DNA of 64,000 nucleotides from Escherichia coli (GTDB lineage Bacteria; Pseudomonadota; Gammaproteobacteria; Enterobacterales; Enterobacteriaceae): NCBI RefSeq assembly GCF_024298765.1, contig NZ_CP101210.1; one strand, 5' to 3'. Shown piece by piece: positions 59,242 to 64,000 of this stretch (position 1 is its first letter; each line of letters starts with the position of its first letter). The notes under the pieces were generated by a model. It saw only the letters and a program-made list of their open reading frames with translations, ran no database searches and was not told where the DNA came from. The position numbers and the translations under genes were made by a program.

Positions 59242-59625
59242 TTAATTAGAGTTATTAACAACGATATCCATCTCTAACCGGATATCTAATGCCATTAACA
59301 TCCCTTCAATTATACCCTCAGCCTTCTGTAACCTTTTCCCGATATAACCATCAGAGCAGCAATGCTTACCTGCCAGTGACATGAATGTCATACCGACTAC
59401 ATAATAATCTACTAATAAATCGTGCAAATCGCTGTTGTTCTTTTTCAGACGGGCCATGCACCCGCAAATGATCATCGCGTCATCGTCACAACATTGCGGG
59501 CGAGATTTTACTTTTGAAGTAATTAATCCCTTAAAACCGGCGGCAATGGACGACCAGGTCACATCTTCATGATTATTAGCCGCCCACGCTCCCCAACGCT
59601 CAAGAACCATCTGAATATCACGCAT
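59242..59625 (-). CDS. Q: late antiterminator Q (phage 82/DLP12 QuuD-type)
   Basis: 127 aa from [22 protein letters not shown]... Confidence 0.9.
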   Translation of the reverse strand: MRDIQMVLERWGAWAANNHEDVTWSSIAAGFKGLITSKVKSRPQCCDDDAMIICGCMARLKKNNSDLHDLLVDYYVVGMTFMSLAGKHCCSDGYIGKRLQKAEGIIEGMLMALDIRLEMDIVVNNSN

Positions 59626-59847
59626 CAACTTACTCCACAAAAATCAGACCAGAACGCCAATTACAAGCAAAAATCAACAAAACAGTATTAGTTGATTGTT
59701 ATCTCTGACTTCATACTCCTGCTCCTGTCAGGGTTTTGGCGTAATTCTTCAGTATTCGGTAATCGGTCAAAACAGAACCGGGGAAACGATATAAGCGCAG
59801 ACGCCCCCAGCGGTGGCGAAGAAGTTCTGCCATATTAAACTCAAACA

Positions 59848-60210
59848 TCATTCATTCCCCATTTCGGTGATGGTCAGTTCCAGCCTCCCACCTTTGGTAA
59901 CAGGCATCTTCACAACGCGGTAATCAACGACCTGAGCATCATCCAGCCAGAAACCTGCTTTGGTGAGTGCGTCAAAAGAGGCTTTTTGCAGATTATCCAG
60001 GTCACGGCGACGGCGATCCGGCATGTGGCACTCAATGCGGATTTTCACAGGCATAGCCAGGCCGATATCCAGCATTGCGTTTTTAATGATTCGGGCGACG
60101 TTATCGCAGTATGCCTGCCCCTCTGCGCTAACGTGCGTGCGCCCGCGATTATGGCGGTAATAGCGATTATTGCTCGGAGGCCAGGGTAATGTGATGCTGT
60201 AGGTATTCAC
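59848..60210 (-). CDS. rusA: Holliday junction resolvase RusA
   Basis: 120-aa ORF, recognised RusA. Confidence 0.93.
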   Translation of the reverse strand: MNTYSITLPWPPSNNRYYRHNRGRTHVSAEGQAYCDNVARIIKNAMLDIGLAMPVKIRIECHMPDRRRRDLDNLQKASFDALTKAGFWLDDAQVVDYRVVKMPVTKGGRLELTITEMGNE

Positions 60211-60416
60211 GCCTTAATAACCCCCTCTTTCAGCCAGATAACCTGTGTTCTCGCCATACCTTCCAGCGCGCATTCTTTTGCATATGCAGCATCGACTTGC
60301 TTGGCATGCCCTTTACCGGCAATCTTCTGTATGCGCTAAACCTAGATAGAATCCACTCTGTGCACATTGAAGCCCGCTCTATGCTTCCTTTCAGGTATTG
60401 AAGGGATTGAGATGGG

Positions 60417-60764
60417 CTAAGCATTATTGGCCTCCTGCATCAGGAGAAAGACAATCATGGCGGCGCGGAGAGGTCTGGCATCAAATATTGGGCTTACGCC
60501 TTTTGCATCCACACACCATTCAGTTAACTGGTCTAAGATAGAAATCCTGTATTTCTCAATAATCGGCCATGAAGCGCTCGGATCATTGCAGTAGTCAGGC
60601 AAATGATTTAATGGCTCAAAAGTTGTATCAGCATTTCCGTAATACCATTTGTTGGTGTTATTCCCTGATGTTTCCGGTTTACTTGCCCAAAGGCCTTTAA
60701 AAATTATGTCTCCTACCATTCTGTTAATTTCAAAATCACTTAACTGTGAATAATCCATTGTCAT
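60417..60764 (-). CDS. hypothetical nin-region phage protein
   Basis: ~115-aa ORF abutting ninE stop; start ambiguous between adjacent ATGs. Confidence 0.6.
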   Translation of the reverse strand: MTMDYSQLSDFEINRMVGDIIFKGLWASKPETSGNNTNKWYYGNADTTFEPLNHLPDYCNDPSASWPIIEKYRISILDQLTEWCVDAKGVSPIFDARPLRAAMIVFLLMQEANNA

Positions 60765-60937
60765 TTCCTCGCACGATATCTTAGCCACCGGATATCCCAC
60801 AGGTGAGCTGTGTAATTGAAGGTTTTTACGTCAGATTCTTTTGGGATTGGCTTGCGTTTATTTCTGGAGCGTTTCGTTGGAAGGTATTTGCAGTTTTCGC
60901 AGATGATGTCGGTGAAACTTCGTCGCTGTCGCCTCAT
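60761..60937 (-). CDS. ninE: NinE
   Basis: 58 aa from [20 protein letters not shown]...; ORF-track start is an upstream extension. Confidence 0.85.
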   Translation of the reverse strand: MRRQRRSFTDIICENCKYLPTKRSRNKRKPIPKESDVKTFNYTAHLWDIRWLRYRARK

Positions 60938-61461
60938 GCCGCCCTCCTGACGCCCTGCCCGATCGCCATCAATGCCGCTTTGGATACGGTAGTAAACATC
61001 CGTCGAGGACTGATGAACGGTCGCCAAATCAGCAGCATGGAGCCTTTGCTGTTTCCCTTCTTCTCCAGCCCTGTCGATGGTTCGATAAAATTAATCCGTC
61101 CATCAGTGATAATGCGAACTTCGTCGACACTCTCCAGAGCCTTGCTGAACCATCCGACTGACATATCCTCTGGCACAAGCATAACTACCGTCTGTCGCTG
61201 TTGTATGCACTGCTCAGCGGCTTTTTCCACCCACGGCCTGATATTGCTGTACGGTGGGTTATTCCAGATTGCACCGTGGCTTACCCACTCAGAATTGAGC
61301 GCGTCGTCGGCCTCAGTTAGCCAGTGAGCACACAGAGCATTTTTGTCGCTCGCTGCAGAATCCAGCCAGAATCCAAACTCAATATCCAGTGCATCAAAAA
61401 GCCAAAGCGGCGTTTGCCAGCAGTCCTTGTCGTGTGCTGGCGTATTTGATTTGATAGTCAT
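60934..61461 (-). CDS. phage DNA N6-adenine methyltransferase
   Basis: 175 aa from [18 protein letters not shown]; NPPY catalytic motif. Confidence 0.8.
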   Translation of the reverse strand: MTIKSNTPAHDKDCWQTPLWLFDALDIEFGFWLDSAASDKNALCAHWLTEADDALNSEWVSHGAIWNNPPYSNIRPWVEKAAEQCIQQRQTVVMLVPEDMSVGWFSKALESVDEVRIITDGRINFIEPSTGLEKKGNSKGSMLLIWRPFISPRRMFTTVSKAALMAIGQGVRRAA

Positions 61462-61898
61462 GCAGCCCGATCTCCCCATCTCGCTTTCCACTCCAGAGCC
61501 AGTCTCGCTTCGTCTGACCACTTAACGCCACGCTCTGTACCGAATGCCTGTATAAGCTCTAATAGCTCCGCAAATTCGCCTACACGCATCCTGCTGGTTG
61601 ACTGGCCTATTACCACAAAGCCATTCCCGGCAAGGTTAGGAACAACATCCTGCTGCTTTAATGCTGCGGTAAACACACACTTCCAGCTTTCTGCATCCAG
61701 CCAGCGACCATGCCATTCAACCTGACGAGAGACGTCACCTAAGCAGGCCCATAGCTTCCTGTTTTGGTCTAAGCTGCGGTTGCGTTCCTGAATGGTTACT
61801 ACGATTGGTTTGGTTGGGTCTGGAAGGATTTGCTGTACTGCGTGAATAGCGTTTTGCTGATGTGCTGGAGATCGAATTTCAAAGGTTAGTTTTTTCAT
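61458..61898 (-). CDS. ninB: recombination protein NinB
   Basis: 146 aa from MKKLTFEIRSPAHQQNAIHAV, matches lambda NinB. Confidence 0.93.
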   Translation of the reverse strand: MKKLTFEIRSPAHQQNAIHAVQQILPDPTKPIVVTIQERNRSLDQNRKLWACLGDVSRQVEWHGRWLDAESWKCVFTAALKQQDVVPNLAGNGFVVIGQSTSRMRVGEFAELLELIQAFGTERGVKWSDEARLALEWKARWGDRAA

Positions 61899-61971
61899 GA
61901 CTTCCCTCTCCCCCAAATAAAAAGGCCTGCGATTACCAGCAGGCCTGTTATTAGCTCAGTGATGTAGATGG

Positions 61972-62262
61972 TCATCTTTTAACTCCATATACCGCCAATA
62001 CCCGTTTCATCGCGGCACTCTGGCGACACTCCTTAAAAATCAGGTTCGTGCTCATCTTTCCTTCCCGTTCTTCCTTGGTAGCAAACCGGTAATACACCGT
62101 TCGCCAGACCTTACCTTCGATAACCAGAAGACCTGCCCGTGCCATTTTAGCCGCGGCCTGATTTATGCTGGTTACTGTTGCGCCTGTTAGCGCGGCAACG
62201 TCCGGCGCACAGAAGCTATTATGCGTCCCCAGGTAATGAATAATTGCCTCTTTGCCCGTCAT
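61972..62262 (-). CDS. ren: Ren (Rex exclusion escape)
   Basis: 96-aa ORF matching lambda Ren. Confidence 0.92.
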   Translation of the reverse strand: MTGKEAIIHYLGTHNSFCAPDVAALTGATVTSINQAAAKMARAGLLVIEGKVWRTVYYRFATKEEREGKMSTNLIFKECRQSAAMKRVLAVYGVKR

Positions 62263-62960
62263 ACACTTGCTCCTTTCAGTCCGAACTTAGCTTTGATTTC
62301 TGCGATCTTCGCCAGAGCCTGTGCACGATTTAGAGGTCTACCGCCCATGACAGGAAGTTGTTTTACTGGTTCAGGGATCGCCTCACCACGGTTAATTCTC
62401 GCAGTCATATGGACAAGCTCATCTGCGGCCTTACGGCGTAATTCCGCATCAGTAAGCGCATTGGCCCGCATGTTCTGATACAGGTTGGTAACCAGCCAGT
62501 AGTGCGCGTTTGATTTCCACGGATAAGACTCCGCATCCGGATACAGGCCTCGCTTCCGGCAATACTCGTAAACCATATCAACCAGCTCGCTGACGTTTGG
62601 CAGTCCGGCGATAACGGATGCTTCTTCCCGGCACCATGCAACAAACTGCCCGGGTGATGGCAGAAATGGTCGATTCTGCCGACGGGCTACGCGCATTCCT
62701 GCGTTAACCTGTTCCATTGTGGTGATCCCGTTTTCCCGGAAAGCCAGCACCCACTGGCGGCGGATTTCGTTCAGTTCGTTCTGGTCCCGGTTAGCCAGGC
62801 TCGCCGGGAAAGTTGCCAGTAACTGGCTGAACACACCATTGATGATCTGCGCTACCTGTTGTACCTGCGGCTTTTCGTCGTACTGTTCCGGCATGTTGTT
62901 GGCGATCCGACGCATCTGCTCACGGTCAAAGTTAACCATCTGTGCGGCGATGTTTTTCAT
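62259..62960 (-). CDS. P: replication protein P (DnaB loader)
   Basis: 233-aa ORF matching lambda P. Confidence 0.95.
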   Translation of the reverse strand: MKNIAAQMVNFDREQMRRIANNMPEQYDEKPQVQQVAQIINGVFSQLLATFPASLANRDQNELNEIRRQWVLAFRENGITTMEQVNAGMRVARRQNRPFLPSPGQFVAWCREEASVIAGLPNVSELVDMVYEYCRKRGLYPDAESYPWKSNAHYWLVTNLYQNMRANALTDAELRRKAADELVHMTARINRGEAIPEPVKQLPVMGGRPLNRAQALAKIAEIKAKFGLKGASV

Positions 62961-63856
62961 AAATCCACCCCGTAAATCCAGTCAGTGTTTGTCAGGTCGA
63001 GTTTTGGTTTGCTGGCTGTCACGCCTGCCTGTTGCTTGTTACGGTTGATTTCGAGCTGGGTCCACTTGTCGCGGAGTTTGGCCGGACTCAGCACGTTACC
63101 GGACCAGAAGTTGTCCTGGCAGGCCCAGCGGAAAAGCACACACATATCGCGGTGGTTACGTCCGTCACGTTCACGCATCAGGCGGATATCGTTAGCCCAC
63201 CCAGCAAAATTCGGTTTTCTGGCTGATGGTGCGATAGTCTTCACCATGTCAAACATCCACTCTGCGGCGGTCAGGTCTTCTGCTGTCCCCCACTTGCTGC
63301 CGCTCTGAATTGCAGCATCCGGTTTAACCACAGAAAGATCGTTTTCTGGCTGGTCAGAGGATTCGCCAGAATTCTCTGACGAATAATCTTTTCTTTTTTC
63401 TTTTGTAATAGTGTCTTTTGTGTCCCCCTGTTTTGAGGGATAGCAATCCCCCAATTTGAGGGATGTTTTATCCCTCGTTTTAGGGGATTGTCCCTCGTTT
63501 TGAGGGATACACCATTCTGAGATGTTTTTATTTGGTCCAAACATGCCGCCTTGCTGCTTGATAATATTCATTCTGACGAGTTCTAACTTGGCTTCATTGC
63601 ACCGTTTGACAGGTAACTTTGTAATCTCGCTAAGTTGAGAATCGGTGATTCTGTCCATTGGTTTATTCCACCCATAGGTTTTACGCAGAATGGCAAGCAG
63701 CACTTTAAACTGTCGCTTGGTCAGATCTGCGCCCGAATAAGCCTCAAGCAGCATATTTGATAGTCTGGCGTAACCATCATCGAGATCTGCCACATTACGC
63801 TCCTGTCCGGCAAAGTTACCTCTGCCGAAGTTGAGTATTTTTGCTGTATTTGTCAT
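62957..63856 (-). CDS. O: replication initiator O
   Basis: 299-aa ORF matching lambda O; contains ori lambda iterons. Confidence 0.95.
   Translation of the reverse strand: MTNTAKILNFGRGNFAGQERNVADLDDGYARLSNMLLEAYSGADLTKRQFKVLLAILRKTYGWNKPMDRITDSQLSEITKLPVKRCNEAKLELVRMNIIKQQGGMFGPNKNISEWCIPQNEGQSPKTRDKTSLKLGDCYPSKQGDTKDTITKEKRKDYSSENSGESSDQPENDLSVVKPDAAIQSGSKWGTAEDLTAAEWMFDMVKTIAPSARKPNFAGWANDIRLMRERDGRNHRDMCVLFRWACQDNFWSGNVLSPAKLRDKWTQLEINRNKQQAGVTASKPKLDLTNTDWIYGVDL
63385..63510. repeat. ori lambda (iterons plus AT-rich tract inside O)
   Basis: Four tandem ~19-bp repeats tccctcaaaacgagggac-like next to an A/T-rich stretch. Confidence 0.85.
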
Positions 63857-63888
63857 AATGACTCCTGTTGATAGATCCAGTAATGACC

Positions 63889-64000
63889 TCAGAACTCCAT
63901 CTGGATTTGTTCAGAACGCTCGGTTGCCGCCGGGCGTTTTTTATTGGTGAGAATCGCAGCAACTTGTCGCGCCAATCGAGCCATGTCGTCGTCAACGACC
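63889..64000 (-). CDS. cII: transcriptional activator cII, C-terminal part (gene runs off the window end)
   Basis: Minus-strand translation ...VVDDDMARLARQVAAILTNKKRPAATERSEQIQMEF* matches lambda cII C-terminus. Confidence 0.85.
   Translation of the reverse strand, partial: VVDDDMARLARQVAAILTNKKRPAATERSEQIQMEF

Noticed and set aside
60230-60424. 64-aa ORF between rusA and the nin-region hypothetical gene
   Set aside because: No RBS and atypical composition; likely intergenic sequence, though a small phage gene cannot be excluded.

Overview
This window is Escherichia coli chromosome, the ybhQ–ybhB segment, running into a lambda-like prophage at the classical lambda attachment site next to bio; a ~10.9-kb integrase-bearing satellite-like island sits inside the prophage's major capsid gene E. 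All calls are from reading the sequence and the supplied ORF translations against remembered protein families; no database search was run. Chromosomal part (1–17.08 kb): ybhQ (partial), ybhP, clsB, ybhN, a small membrane ORF, ybhL, moaEDCBA (minus strand), ybhK, REP elements, uvrB with its LexA box, bioDCFB / bio operator / bioA, ybhB. Prophage part (17.08–64 kb), entered from the attR side: att core with one mismatch to the lambda core, sib/tI-like hairpin, IS3-family remnants, an AppY/YdeO-like AraC regulator, IS1, then tfa-stf-lom-J-I-K-L-M-H-T/G-V-U-Z-FII-FI-E...D-C-B-W-A-Nu1-cos, lambda right-end ORF, bor, Rz/Rz1, phage-21-type SAR endolysin and pinholin, nmpC-like porin, Q, rusA, nin genes, a Dam-like methylase, ren, P, O (with ori iterons) and the cII 3' end. 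Most notable: gene E is split (C-terminal part 37089–37877, N-terminal part 48753–48998) by an island flanked by 10-bp direct repeats. The island encodes a P4-type integrase, AlpA, a primase/helicase-like protein, an iteron origin, SSB, its own E-like capsid and D-like decoration proteins, a near-copy of the helper cosB/Nu1 5' region with a mutated cosN, a Nu1 chimera, and low-GC cargo genes. Joining the flanks across one repeat copy restores an intact E reading frame.
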